The notes under the pieces were generated by a model. It was not told the origin of the DNA. It was given only the letters and a program-made list of their open reading frames with translations, and searched no databases. The position numbers and the translations under genes are program-made. Below are positions 1-9,565 of a DNA stretch of 64,000 bases, piece after piece (position 1 is the stretch's first letter; each line of letters starts with the position of its first letter). This stretch comes from a virus. Its lineage: Duplodnaviria; Caudoviricetes. The stretch is taken from the IMG/VR virus record IMGVR_UViG_3300021431_000107, positions 18,741 through 82,740 of that record. One strand, given 5' to 3'.

Positions 1-362
1 TTTTCCCTATCAAGCTCTTTTGAAACCTTTGCCGCATATGCCCAAGAATCTTCCCCTCCAAACCAGTCCCTTGCTCTTTGAAATCTTTCACATGAGTCTT
101 CTTTTACACAATGCTGGCCTTCTGCTTTTGGGAGTGGATACTTATTACCAAATATGTCACGGCTTTCGAAACCGGAACCATCAGAAAAATCAATGCATCC
201 ATCACATACATCTTTCATTTTGATCTCCTTTGTCTTATTGAATCTTCCACACGTGCTTTCTTTTCTGCAATGGTATTCGTAACTATCTGTGTCTATACGA
301 TGCTTCATATAAATATCAGTATAAGTATCAGCCATAGAACATCCAGAACAAGCATCATTCAT
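1..362 (-). CDS. Cys-repeat protein, partial (runs off window; absent from ORF track)
   Basis: Manual translation MNDACSGCSMAD...HCRKESTCGRFNKTKEIKMKDVCDGC...HCVKEDSCERF; GGAGGGTTCAAAATG start context. Confidence 0.8.
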   Translation of the reverse strand, partial: MNDACSGCSMADTYTDIYMKHRIDTDSYEYHCRKESTCGRFNKTKEIKMKDVCDGCIDFSDGSGFESRDIFGNKYPLPKAEGQHCVKEDSCERFQRARDWFGGEDSWAYAAKVSKELDRE

Positions 363-801
363 TTTGAACCCTCCCTTGCTCTTTATAGGCTTTAGGTAAT
401 GGCATCCATGCTAATACTTCTTTGTCTGTAAGTGCACCAAATTCTGACCGCCATTCAATCTTTCCGCTTCTTGGATCAGCAGACCTTTTTGCTTTGATTA
501 CCTCCTGTTCGTAACCTTTAATTTTAAAAGCCTTCTTAGTGATAAGCACATCACGCCCTTCTTCCGGTGGCTGTTCATCAACATTACAAGGAGTCCACTG
601 CTGTTCTAGCTGTACGGATGGAATTGACTCAAGTTGCTCTTTGTATGCAATCAGTGATGCTCTTTCGATTTTAAAGGCATATTCATCCATCTTCGAAGGT
701 ACGACCTTTAAATAACTAAGTGCCTTATCACAGTGGTTGATTTGTTCGTTAAGCAAATCAAGAGCATCCTCTCGTCTGATAAGGTCATTCATCCTGCTCA
801 C
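355..801 (-). CDS. DUF551-like phage protein
   Basis: C-terminal WTPC...PPEE...VLAWMPLPKAY motif. Confidence 0.7.
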   Translation of the reverse strand: MSRMNDLIRREDALDLLNEQINHCDKALSYLKVVPSKMDEYAFKIERASLIAYKEQLESIPSVQLEQQWTPCNVDEQPPEEGRDVLITKKAFKIKGYEQEVIKAKRSADPRSGKIEWRSEFGALTDKEVLAWMPLPKAYKEQGRVQNE

Positions 802-1138
802 CTCCTCGGTACGGTTTAGGTAACGGCATCCATGCGAGAACTTCCGATTGCTTTAGCTCTGTATTAAATATGCAATCAAACCACGTTCCTTTTGCATAAT
901 TGACTGGGACGATTCTCAATTCTTCCGAATTGCCAACTGTAACAAGAATATCAGCATTTTCTTCCGGTGGCTGTTCATTACCATTGCAAGGAGTCCACTG
1001 CTGTGCGGATGGCAAATGATTAATTATCCATTTGATTTCTTCTTGCTCATCTTTTGAATCACCAAACCACGAGTTCATCAATTTACACAGCACATCAATT
1101 GCTGCCTGCCTACTGATTAAATCATCCATCCTGTTCAC
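785..1138 (-). CDS. DUF551-like phage protein, paralog of 355..801
   Basis: DDLISRQAAID N-terminus and WMPLPKPY C-terminus; DNA near-identity 560-605 vs 960-1005. Confidence 0.7.
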   Translation of the reverse strand: MNRMDDLISRQAAIDVLCKLMNSWFGDSKDEQEEIKWIINHLPSAQQWTPCNGNEQPPEENADILVTVGNSEELRIVPVNYAKGTWFDCIFNTELKQSEVLAWMPLPKPYRGGEQDE

Positions 1139-1776
1139 CTCTCATAAACGATCTCAAGCGGCTCAATCACATTTGGCAATGTCATGCCCATATGTATTCC
1201 ATATAACTCAATGAAGCACCACAACTGAAATTCCGTATATCCGTTTTCATCTTCTCTCGGGAACATTGGTTTGCATATCTCTCTTCCTGCGACCTGGTTT
1301 ATCCTGTCGTATTGGTGGTAATATATTTCTTTACCCCAGTCGGTCAGTTTTACCTTGATAGGTTCGTTGAGATTGATTCGGATAGGTTCTGACTGTGAGG
1401 ACATCGAATCATTAAATGCCTGTCTTGAGCCATTCATTTCTTCTTCATCTTTCTTCTCATTCATTTTGATCTCCTTTGCCTTCTTGAATCTTTCACATGT
1501 GCTTTCTTTCCTGCAGTGATTTATCCATGTGGTAGAAGGATAGCCAATATGACCTGGATTTACTACAAACTGCTGCTCAATGTACGTATCTTTGTCAGTA
1601 CATCCATAACAGGCATCGGTCCTTATAAACTCCTTTACCTTATTGAATCTTTCACATGCGCTTTCTTTTCTGCATTTATGCTCCCATACTCTACGATACG
1701 CTCCGTTTCCATCATGAATTAGATAAGATTCTAAATTCATATCTGCATCTTTACATCCGCAGCAAGAATCATTCAT
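1135..1776 (-). CDS. Protein with two Cys modules fused to an unrelated C-terminal domain
   Basis: CxGC...CRKESxCERF twice; start moved to ATG 1776 after AAGGAGATCAAA. Confidence 0.75.
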   Translation of the reverse strand: MNDSCCGCKDADMNLESYLIHDGNGAYRRVWEHKCRKESACERFNKVKEFIRTDACYGCTDKDTYIEQQFVVNPGHIGYPSTTWINHCRKESTCERFKKAKEIKMNEKKDEEEMNGSRQAFNDSMSSQSEPIRINLNEPIKVKLTDWGKEIYYHQYDRINQVAGREICKPMFPREDENGYTEFQLWCFIELYGIHMGMTLPNVIEPLEIVYER

Positions 1777-2002
1777 TTTGATCTCCTTCCGTTGAAACGA
1801 CAGTTGTGCCATTCTCTAACGACTCAGATATCCTATTTCTTTCCATCATGAGCATACGCATACATGCAGATTCCTTAGTGCATCTGATATCCCACATGTT
1901 TCTTACCAATTTGTTGTTTCCATAATACGCACTAGGACTAAGTTCAAGATCAGCACAAGGACAATCCTCACAAATGCCTGTCATTTTGATCTCTACTGCC
2001 AT
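1769..2002 (-). CDS. Single Cys-module protein
   Basis: CEDCPCAD...RCTKESACMRM. Confidence 0.7.
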   Translation of the reverse strand: MAVEIKMTGICEDCPCADLELSPSAYYGNNKLVRNMWDIRCTKESACMRMLMMERNRISESLENGTTVVSTEGDQNE

Positions 2003-2112
2003 TTTCTTCTCCTTTCCTTAAGATGAGAAAAAGAGAGCGACACTCACTTCGTTCGTAAGGCGCTCCAAAGAAAAGAGAGCCACTGTACAAATTACAGCAG
2101 CTCCATTCAGAC

Positions 2113-2232
2113 TTATTTGTTCCTTTCGTAAAGCATCAAATAAAGCATATAGCTTGCAATAGAAGGCATTGGGAGCCTTATCATGCTCTTATCAATTTTG
2201 ATTTGCTTCTCTTTCTTCTTTTCTTCAGCCAT
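2113..2232 (-). CDS. Small hypothetical protein
   Basis: AAGGAG RBS before ATG 2232; terminator directly downstream. Confidence 0.5.
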   Translation of the reverse strand: MAEEKKKEKQIKIDKSMIRLPMPSIASYMLYLMLYERNK

Positions 2233-2299
2233 ATTGTTCTCCTTTCTTGAAAACAAATCTATAGTCTCACTATAAGAGCTGGAATTTTTACGAGAATCA

Positions 2300-2605
2300 T
2301 CACTCATCCTGTTCACCATACGCACATTCATTACAATGAATTATTGGATGTTTCAACGCCTCTAATCCTAATCTATAGACCTCTGCTTTATCAACATAAT
2401 CGGAACAATCTTTAGTACATGGACAATTACCTAAACCTTTCAATGTACAGCAATCAATACTTGCTCCCATATCATGTTCACAATGATAATGAATGCAATC
2501 TGTTCTTATATTAGATTTATAATCACACTGACAATACATTATTCGACACCCCACAATATATAATTCATTTACTCTTTTTCCATCATTAGCATGGCATCTG
2601 CACAA
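2300..2605 (-). CDS. Cys-rich hypothetical protein (start uncertain, possibly 2539)
   Basis: Many Cys/His pairs. Confidence 0.6.
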   Translation of the reverse strand: MCRCHANDGKRVNELYIVGCRIMYCQCDYKSNIRTDCIHYHCEHDMGASIDCCTLKGLGNCPCTKDCSDYVDKAEVYRLGLEALKHPIIHCNECAYGEQDE

Positions 2606-2691
2606 TCACGGTAGTCGATTGGTTTGACTTCGGGCTGTGCTACCGATAATGTATCAATCGCACCCTGTCTACTGATTGAATCATCCGTCAC
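2569..2691 (-). CDS. 40-aa truncated paralog of the DDLISRQ family
   Basis: GGAGGTG RBS, GTG start, TDDSISRQGAID; promoter motif at 2741-2765. Confidence 0.55.
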   Translation of the reverse strand: MTDDSISRQGAIDTLSVAQPEVKPIDYRDCADAMLMMEKE

Positions 2692-2823
2692 TTCACCTCC
2701 GTATCAATTACCCGTCCACAATATTGGCGGATTTCTCAGTTTTATAGCAACTGTCGATGTTACGAAATCGAGAAAAAGAGAGCACCTGCAATAACTTCTA
2801 CAGATGCTCTCATTTCGAGTTAC

Positions 2824-3168
2824 TTATTCATGCTCATCCATATTTTCATGTTCTTTCCATTCTTCAAATTCGTTCCAGTTACTTATGGACTCGAAAGCAT
2901 AATCAGTATAAATTGTTCCTTTGTTAACAGGATGTGTAAGCATTGCCTTTTGTTCGTCCAGCTTGACTTTGGTTATACTGATCCCATCAATTAAGTTTCG
3001 TAGCTTATCGTTGTCATCAAGACACTTAAGTTTAAGATCTCTTACAACAGTTTTCGCCTTCTCTTCAGATGAGAACATACCAACCAAACATGGTAATACT
3101 CTCCACTCATATTCCTCGTCATCGTATATCCCATAACTAACAACCCATACATATCTCTCGTTTTCCAT
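2824..3168 (-). CDS. Hypothetical protein
   Basis: GGAGG RBS; own promoter (3211-3235) and terminator (2778-2811). Confidence 0.75.
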   Translation of the reverse strand: MENERYVWVVSYGIYDDEEYEWRVLPCLVGMFSSEEKAKTVVRDLKLKCLDDNDKLRNLIDGISITKVKLDEQKAMLTHPVNKGTIYTDYAFESISNWNEFEEWKEHENMDEHE

Positions 3169-3229
3169 AGTTTCTCCTCCTATAGTGAAAATATGATCCA
3201 TAAGTTTCTCATTATAGGAGCTGTTTATA

Positions 3230-3601
3230 TTACGAAACCACCCATACTTCTTTATTTATACTTTTATACTTCTTCATAATTTCCTTTACTCCAAGAACCT
3301 CTTTTGCCCTCTTATAGTCAAGACCACCTTCTACTGTGCTTGCCTTTTCAAGAACAATTGTATACCGGACAAGAGCACCCATTTCCTCACGAATCTCATC
3401 TACACTCTCATCTTTTGCGTGTTCATACGCTTCATGAACATTCTCAAAGGCGTTGCTAACCTTTCCAAGTTCAATCATGATAGCCCTCTTTGAAATCTTG
3501 GTTTTTGGTTCTTCCCCTTCTTTAAACTTATAGTATCTCTCAGGTCTATAGTTTTTAAAGTTGTTTACTCCATAAAGTACAAGTGAAAGTTTGCTTTTCA
3601 T
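3230..3601 (-). CDS. Hypothetical protein
   Basis: ORF coupled to neighbours. Confidence 0.7.
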   Translation of the reverse strand: MKSKLSLVLYGVNNFKNYRPERYYKFKEGEEPKTKISKRAIMIELGKVSNAFENVHEAYEHAKDESVDEIREEMGALVRYTIVLEKASTVEGGLDYKRAKEVLGVKEIMKKYKSINKEVWVVS

Positions 3602-3969
3602 AAATTAATACCTCCTAAATATTTAATTTCTTCATTTTGAGCACTGCTATCTTCTTCCTCTTCACCAGGCTCATCCTCGTCTCCAAGTTCCCTCATTTGA
3701 CTCAGCATTCTATTGAGTTCCGATATAATAGTTGAAGTCATACTGCCATCTGCCAGAGATTCAAGAACATCTATCACAATCTCTGAATCATAAGTTACAT
3801 CGTTTCTATCACGAAACTTAAAATTGATAAGTAAGTCTCCTCCAGCTACTGGTCTATAAGATATAAGGTAGTCTTCTTCTCCTTCAACAATATCGCTGTC
3901 TGCCAGCCATTTCTTTACAGCGTACTCAATAGTTTCCAAATATAATGCATGCGGTTCATCTGTAATCAT
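3598..3969 (-). CDS. Acidic hypothetical protein
   Basis: ORF coupled to neighbours. Confidence 0.7.
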   Translation of the reverse strand: MITDEPHALYLETIEYAVKKWLADSDIVEGEEDYLISYRPVAGGDLLINFKFRDRNDVTYDSEIVIDVLESLADGSMTSTIISELNRMLSQMRELGDEDEPGEEEEDSSAQNEEIKYLGGINL

Positions 3970-4294
3970 TTCTGCTCCAATTCTCTTTACATACTAAGAC
4001 ACAGGGAAAGTCTGAAGATACCATTTTGAGAAGATAATTAGTATCAGTTTCACTAAGCTCTATATCATACCAGTCATAGTCGGAATCATTCGCTGTTGGA
4101 GACGCCATTACTGTTATCTCATTCCTGTTATCCCCTAAATACTCAAGACTTATTGTCATTAAATCAGCTTCATCCTGATACTTTTCTGGAAGGTATTTCT
4201 TTGGCCCAGTGAAATATAATGTTGTGGAACCATGATACAAATTAAAGTAAGTATCCTCGTATTTGAATTCCTTTACATTAATCCCATCCGCCAT
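3956..4294 (-). CDS. Hypothetical protein
   Basis: ORF in operon. Confidence 0.7.
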   Translation of the reverse strand: MADGINVKEFKYEDTYFNLYHGSTTLYFTGPKKYLPEKYQDEADLMTISLEYLGDNRNEITVMASPTANDSDYDWYDIELSETDTNYLLKMVSSDFPCVLVCKENWSRNDYR

Positions 4295-4298
4295 AAGA

Positions 4299-4553
4299 TC
4301 ACTTCCTCCTATGTCTTAAATTGTGATTCCTCATTCTGCTGACTCTGTATCTGATATCGTCATCAATCATTTTGAGAGCAGATTTAGAATCTCTAACCAA
4401 ATCAAGTTGCTCCTTGTAAGAACGGTACTTTTCACATGACGAGTGACACGCCATATGTCTATCAGCACAATCCTTACAAGGAGCTATGATACTTACATGA
4501 ACCGCTTTAGCATTAACCTTTATTTCTTTCCCTCGGTTAATACCTTCATCCAT
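4299..4553 (-). CDS. Cys/His-containing phage protein
   Basis: PCKDCADRHMACHSSCEKY motif. Confidence 0.7.
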   Translation of the reverse strand: MDEGINRGKEIKVNAKAVHVSIIAPCKDCADRHMACHSSCEKYRSYKEQLDLVRDSKSALKMIDDDIRYRVSRMRNHNLRHRRK

Positions 4554-5173
4554 TACTTCTCCTTAAACTTATCAGCAATCGACGAGTAGATAGTGCCCAC
4601 ATTCTCAAGCTGATTGTTGTAGTTATCCAGAATCAAATCCATGTCGTCTTTAAGCTTCTCCATGATAAGGTCTTTGGCATCGTCCTTAACCTCCTCACGA
4701 AGCTCATGAATATCGATCTTCATGATCTGTTTCTTAAGTTCCTTCGAGACTTCTTTTGAAATCTCAGAGTACCTATTTTGAACAGCATCACGAACCTGAC
4801 GAGTTACATCATCGCGGATGGCTACGGTCGTATCATCTACAGCACGACGAACAGCAGCAGTTACTGCTTCATCTGCAGCATCACGAGCAGCACGATCAAT
4901 GATAGCCTGAGAGACCTGAACCGAAGACTTATTCTTGAGATCCCGAACAGCAATCCCAAGCTTATCAGATACTCTGCCAATTTTGATACTGGATCTAATG
5001 CCGAAGAGTAACGCCACTCCTACTCCTGCAATCATACCCCATCCAATGAGATCTGCCTTCGTGATAGTGATACCGTCTTTCTTGGTTTCCTTAGTTTCAA
5101 CGACCTGCTCTTCTCTTCTTTCCATAGTGTCTTCTCCTTTCATTTTGATACAGTTGCCACTTATACTAATCAC
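4553..5173 (-). CDS. Membrane-anchored coiled-coil protein
   Basis: One hydrophobic segment followed by helical heptads. Confidence 0.7.
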   Translation of the reverse strand: MISISGNCIKMKGEDTMERREEQVVETKETKKDGITITKADLIGWGMIAGVGVALLFGIRSSIKIGRVSDKLGIAVRDLKNKSSVQVSQAIIDRAARDAADEAVTAAVRRAVDDTTVAIRDDVTRQVRDAVQNRYSEISKEVSKELKKQIMKIDIHELREEVKDDAKDLIMEKLKDDMDLILDNYNNQLENVGTIYSSIADKFKEK

Positions 5174-5364
5174 TGCATTTCGGTCATCATATGCTCGATA
5201 TGCTGTACAGAATCAAGCATTTTCTTAGTATTGGCCATATTCTTAGCTGTTAACGGACCAATTGTAATAAGCGATCCCAACGCCATGCTAAGTAATCCTA
5301 CAAGAATCATCGAAAGATACTCATTTTCCTTATTCACATAGTTCGTGCTATCCATATTATCCAT
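5170..5364 (-). CDS. Small membrane protein
   Basis: Hydrophobic LSMILVGLLSMALGSLITIG. Confidence 0.6.
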   Translation of the reverse strand: MDNMDSTNYVNKENEYLSMILVGLLSMALGSLITIGPLTAKNMANTKKMLDSVQHIEHMMTEMQ

Positions 5365-5365
5365 A

Positions 5366-5626
5366 TTATTCCTCTTCTCCTTCTTTATGCCTTCCAGAGT
5401 AACTCTTCCTTAAATCCACAGGTCTAATGTTTACGTCTCTCACATACTGCCGATCCCCTATGTATACAGGATCTGGAATCTTTCCACGATACGACCATTG
5501 CCTCACTGTGATAGGCGTTACGTTAAACTTTTTAGCGAGAACTTCAGCTTTCACATACCCATTCTCAGCCATGAACCCATCGAAATCAGATACTATAGCA
5601 TTAAATTGCTCTTTTGAAACAATCAT
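5366..5626 (-). CDS. Helix-turn-helix DNA-binding protein (Xis/MerR-like)
   Basis: AEVLAKKFNVTPITVRQWSYRGKIP. Confidence 0.65.
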   Translation of the reverse strand: MIVSKEQFNAIVSDFDGFMAENGYVKAEVLAKKFNVTPITVRQWSYRGKIPDPVYIGDRQYVRDVNIRPVDLRKSYSGRHKEGEEE

Positions 5627-5883
5627 ATAGTCTCATCACCTCCTTTCACTACTTTATTCTCTTTCTCGAACTCACTTAATTCAGTGAAAGCCTCATCTGG
5701 CCTATTTGTTCTATAGCCCCTTTTGAGACAACTACGCCCACCATCCGCAGCACACTGACCGCAACGACACCAGACCATATCATGAGCTCTTTTCGACTCC
5801 ACGATATCTCCGCATCTCTTACACTGAATCTTATTCACCAGTATTCTGTTGTTTGTATAGTATTTCATGATTTTAAGCCACAC
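5623..5883 (-). CDS. Zn-ribbon phage protein
   Basis: CKRCGDIVES...WCRCGQCAADGG. Confidence 0.7.
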   Translation of the reverse strand: MWLKIMKYYTNNRILVNKIQCKRCGDIVESKRAHDMVWCRCGQCAADGGRSCLKRGYRTNRPDEAFTELSEFEKENKVVKGGDETI

Positions 5884-5925
5884 TCTAGTCTAGTGGAATA
5901 TCTTCGCTAACACTCAGATCGTCCA

Positions 5926-6615
5926 TCAATCTAACGGAACAGGCTTCGGTAAAGTCAGGATGTACCCTCCAGCAGATGAGTCATACACCACCTGCACTCC
6001 GACAAAATCGAACCAACCGAAGTTAAAGTCTTCCTTTGAAGGTGTTACACCCACCAGTTGATAATAGTCCGCAGTAGTCGCCGCGTTGTATTTCCTTGCG
6101 ATTGCGATGAGCTCTGTGAGGACCGCTTCTGCTTTTCCGAATGAAGGGATCGATACACGGCGAATACTAGTAACAGGATCCCGAGCAGTATTAGCATTTC
6201 TATTATTGCCATAATAACTATAACCACCGTCATTGCCATAGTAAGAAACATAGTTCACCTTCTGACCATTATAGGTTCCTTTCCTGTTACCTTTATCGGT
6301 TTTCCCAAAGAAGAAGATTTCGGCTGCTGCAGTAATATTCTCAACGAGGTACTCCTTCACTTTACGAATTGAGTCCCGAAGGAAGTCTTTTGCTCTTGGC
6401 TTGATGTAGTCGTCAACAATGGAGTCTTTGATATTATCCATGTCCTCTTCAAAGAAAATGGAAGCGGCTTTCTGTAACTTACTTTTTTCAACAACTTTTC
6501 CTTCTGTTATTGCCTGATGAACGTGGACCCGTGATGGATCCACATTATCAGGAATATTGCCAGTGCTGCTCTTATTTTGAGCGCCATCAAGCTTGGGCAT
6601 TTCTCTTTTTGCCAT
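5926..6615 (-). CDS. Conserved phage hypothetical protein
   Basis: 229 aa ORF; C-terminal ATTADYYQLVG...FGW motif. Confidence 0.75.
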   Translation of the reverse strand: MAKREMPKLDGAQNKSSTGNIPDNVDPSRVHVHQAITEGKVVEKSKLQKAASIFFEEDMDNIKDSIVDDYIKPRAKDFLRDSIRKVKEYLVENITAAAEIFFFGKTDKGNRKGTYNGQKVNYVSYYGNDGGYSYYGNNRNANTARDPVTSIRRVSIPSFGKAEAVLTELIAIARKYNAATTADYYQLVGVTPSKEDFNFGWFDFVGVQVVYDSSAGGYILTLPKPVPLD

Positions 6616-6778
6616 TTACTTTCCTACCTCCTCCAGTGAAATTAATAGGTCTATGAGAATTAACGTTCACTCCCTGAGCCAGACACTCATCACAAGGGTA
6701 CTCATTCTCTGCTTTCTTTTTGTGAACACATTTCTTGCAATAATTCTCGAAATAGACCTCTTTGTATTTATCGCCCAT
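6587..6778 (-). CDS. Small Cys protein
   Basis: YCKKC...PCDECL. Confidence 0.65.
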   Translation of the reverse strand: MGDKYKEVYFENYCKKCVHKKKAENEYPCDECLAQGVNVNSHRPINFTGGGRKVNGKKRNAQA

Positions 6779-7188
6779 TATTCGTCATCCACCTCCGTGA
6801 AAGTAACAGAATCATCAGTTTCTTCTCCATCAACCTTTTCCTCTTTATTTTGAGCAGAATCACTCATACTTCCAGCGATTCCTTTAACTGTGGAATACAC
6901 AATAGATCCAACCTCCTCACAGGTAGCAACGGCTTTATATGAAACAGAGAACCCGAGGAAACTAAAACCGATTTTGAGAGCCGCTGCACCAATCGACGTG
7001 AAAGCTGTTTTATCAGTGATTGATAACACCTCACGAGCTACATCGTACATTGCCTTTCCACCTGCGACACCTACTGCTACCTTGATAAGATCCTTTGTGC
7101 TTTTCTTCATAGTTCTTTTCTCCTTTTCATGAAATATAATTTGATTGTAGCCTAACATAGTGAGTTCCATATTCAGTTTTTTATTCAT
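6778..7188 (-). CDS. Hypothetical protein, probably membrane-associated
   Basis: Gly/Ala-rich hydrophobic segments. Confidence 0.65.
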   Translation of the reverse strand: MNKKLNMELTMLGYNQIIFHEKEKRTMKKSTKDLIKVAVGVAGGKAMYDVAREVLSITDKTAFTSIGAAALKIGFSFLGFSVSYKAVATCEEVGSIVYSTVKGIAGSMSDSAQNKEEKVDGEETDDSVTFTEVDDE

Positions 7189-7549
7189 CTACCCCAAGTT
7201 CCACAAAGACCTTTTGAATCTTCGGAAACTGTAGTGCAAAATAATCCACCATCTCTTCGTTATCAGCCCAATGAGATGCGGAACTACTATTTCCATAAAG
7301 TCCGGATTCAAATAAAAAAGCATGAATCACTTCATGCCTTAATGTTCGCTTCTTCTGAACTTCCAAATCCTGAAGAAGACAATCTCTTTCTTTTTGCTCC
7401 TCTGTCATGTTCATAGAATCCACTACAATCTTCCTTACTGACGGATCTGCATAACCGTCACATTCTTTTAAACGCTTATCTTCCCATTCTGTACCCTCAT
7501 AGATAGTCCAGTCAGATCCTAAAATGTCAGCAATTCCTAAAGCTTTCAA
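7181..7549 (-). CDS. HExxH metallopeptidase-like phage protein
   Basis: TLRHEVIHAFLFESGL. Confidence 0.6.
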   Translation of the reverse strand: MKALGIADILGSDWTIYEGTEWEDKRLKECDGYADPSVRKIVVDSMNMTEEQKERDCLLQDLEVQKKRTLRHEVIHAFLFESGLYGNSSSASHWADNEEMVDYFALQFPKIQKVFVELGVDE

Positions 7550-8063
7550 TTCTATCCTCCATCTTCATATTATCAGTTTCAAGTAATACTACTTCACCCA
7601 TTTTGAGCGATTCTGGAACATTAATGACCCTCTGATTAGTCGATCCAGCCCATGGATATGAAATGTCACGAAGTTCTTCTTTATACTCACCATCTACAAG
7701 CACATTTACAAAATTCATGATTTCCAAATCCTTTACTTCTTCCCAAAGATAACCTGTGTACATCCAGACATCTTTCTTTGGAAACAACACGCACATCTCA
7801 ACCAAGAGATCCAGCACGTCTTCTCTATTTCCAGGATATAATGGATCGCCTCCAGATAGAGTGATGCCTGAAATGTAGTCACGAGATAAGTAACTAAACA
7901 GTTCATGTCTTGCTCCAACGTCAAACGGTAATCCATCGTTCGGATCCCATGTTACTGGATTCTGGCATCCTTTGCAGTAGTGATTACATCCAGATAGCCA
8001 TAGAACGACTCTGAGCCCGGTTCCATTACTCATATCGTCCTTAGTTATGTTATGATACCTCAT
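7527..8063 (-). CDS. nrdG: Anaerobic ribonucleotide reductase activating protein (radical SAM)
   Basis: GLRVVLWLSGCNHYCKGCQNP (CxxxCxxC), GITLSGGDPL, VLVDG, GSTNQRVI. Confidence 0.93.
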   Translation of the reverse strand: MRYHNITKDDMSNGTGLRVVLWLSGCNHYCKGCQNPVTWDPNDGLPFDVGARHELFSYLSRDYISGITLSGGDPLYPGNREDVLDLLVEMCVLFPKKDVWMYTGYLWEEVKDLEIMNFVNVLVDGEYKEELRDISYPWAGSTNQRVINVPESLKMGEVVLLETDNMKMEDRIESFRNC

Positions 8064-8749
8064 TTTGAAACACCCTCGTCTTGATCAATGATACTATCGA
8101 AGTACGGAAGCTCACGAACCATCACATTACAGAACTCTCTCCATTCATCAAGCTTATGATGAGATCTCTGATTCACGATATTCGCAACATTCTCGTAATT
8201 CATCGTCACGGTTCGAAGCTGGTTATACGACGATGGAAGCATCTGAATCATCTGCCACCAGTCCTCTTTCTTTTCTTCAGCATTATCATGATTATCTGAT
8301 AAATATAATTCACGATCAGCGTTTAAGCAGGTGATAATGTCCTTAAAGAACTCCAGGTTATCGAAATAGAGATGCTCAGTTGAAAAGTCCTCAAGACAAA
8401 ACTCTTTAGCAGCAATCTTATGCATGGTGGATGTTGAGTTAGTGGTTACGTTTATGCGATACTGGTCAGCTTGTTTCCACCAGTAAAGAGGCGCCGTAAT
8501 ATCCATTGAAACAAAAATCTGTCTCATGAACTTACGGTGTTCTGTACCTGCTTTATAAAGTTTCTGCATGAGTGATAAGTCATTAGGACCAATACACAAC
8601 CCACAAGAATTATTTTTACAAATTCCTGGACAACTCCCATTCGCATAGCACTTGATGGTATCGCTCTTCCACCAACTTTGCAGAGGAGACCTCATACCTC
8701 TGATTGCATGTTCAAACCCCCATGTTTCAATCCTCTCTATTTTGATCAT
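8060..8749 (-). CDS. ThyX-like (flavin-dependent thymidylate synthase-like) phage protein
   Basis: HRKFMRQIFVSMDITAPLYWWKQADQYR...STMHK and RTVTMNYE...RSHHKLDEW resemble the ThyX layout; canonical RHR motif absent. Confidence 0.5.
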   Translation of the reverse strand: MIKIERIETWGFEHAIRGMRSPLQSWWKSDTIKCYANGSCPGICKNNSCGLCIGPNDLSLMQKLYKAGTEHRKFMRQIFVSMDITAPLYWWKQADQYRINVTTNSTSTMHKIAAKEFCLEDFSTEHLYFDNLEFFKDIITCLNADRELYLSDNHDNAEEKKEDWWQMIQMLPSSYNQLRTVTMNYENVANIVNQRSHHKLDEWREFCNVMVRELPYFDSIIDQDEGVSK

Positions 8750-9113
8750 CTGATTCCTCCTTTAGAAGCTCAAAGCAATTAATAGTACCAACATACTCGA
8801 TGAACTCAGTAATTGCATTAAGCTCTCCCACACTAACTGTCAGTTCATTGTTGCTACTATGATACGAAATGCAAACAGCATCATCCTGGTGATTAACGTA
8901 ACTATTATGTCCGTTCTCATCCACGAAAAGATTCACATAGAACAAATCACAATCAGTTCCTCTTGAAAGAATATAATACTGAGTTTTCGTATCTTCCTCG
9001 TATCCGTACTCTTTAAGCTCCCATCCGTATTCCTGAATGGCCTTGTATATTTCACGGCTGCATGCTCTTACCTCGTCTGTTAAGAATGGATATATTACTT
9101 CAAATTTATTCAT
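8727..9113 (-). CDS. Hypothetical protein
   Basis: ORF in operon. Confidence 0.7.
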   Translation of the reverse strand: MNKFEVIYPFLTDEVRACSREIYKAIQEYGWELKEYGYEEDTKTQYYILSRGTDCDLFYVNLFVDENGHNSYVNHQDDAVCISYHSSNNELTVSVGELNAITEFIEYVGTINCFELLKEESDDQNRED

Positions 9114-9469
9114 TTTGAACTCTCCTCCTTCACAATCTCAAGCACAGTCTTACTGAAACTCTCATCAACCGTGTCAAGTGCCTGACCACAGTCAGAACAC
9201 ATGTACGTATGACTCCAGGCATACGGCCTACTACCTTGTTCATCTGTCACTCGCTCAAACAGTACCGAACCGCACACAGGACATGTGAGATAGTAGTTTC
9301 CATCAAACTCTTTATTTTTATTCACAAGGATCGGTCTCTTAGGTGTGATACGCTTAACCGCTTCAATCGCAATCTCAAGAGCATCATAAGCCTTCTCTGA
9401 AATCTCAGGTTCCCAAGGCTCCGGTTCCTGGAGATGCATTAGCATAAGAATAGCCTCTTCATTTGTCAT
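9110..9469 (-). CDS. Zn-ribbon phage protein
   Basis: MTNEEAI...CPVCG...CSDCGQAL; start after AAGGAGCTCAAA. Confidence 0.75.
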   Translation of the reverse strand: MTNEEAILMLMHLQEPEPWEPEISEKAYDALEIAIEAVKRITPKRPILVNKNKEFDGNYYLTCPVCGSVLFERVTDEQGSRPYAWSHTYMCSDCGQALDTVDESFSKTVLEIVKEESSK

Positions 9470-9565
9470 TTTGAGCTCCTTTCCTTTCACTTTCTCTCGT
9501 AAGGTACTCCAAAACAAAAGGAGCACCTGTATCATTTACAGATGCCCCTGTCCCCGGTTAATAAG

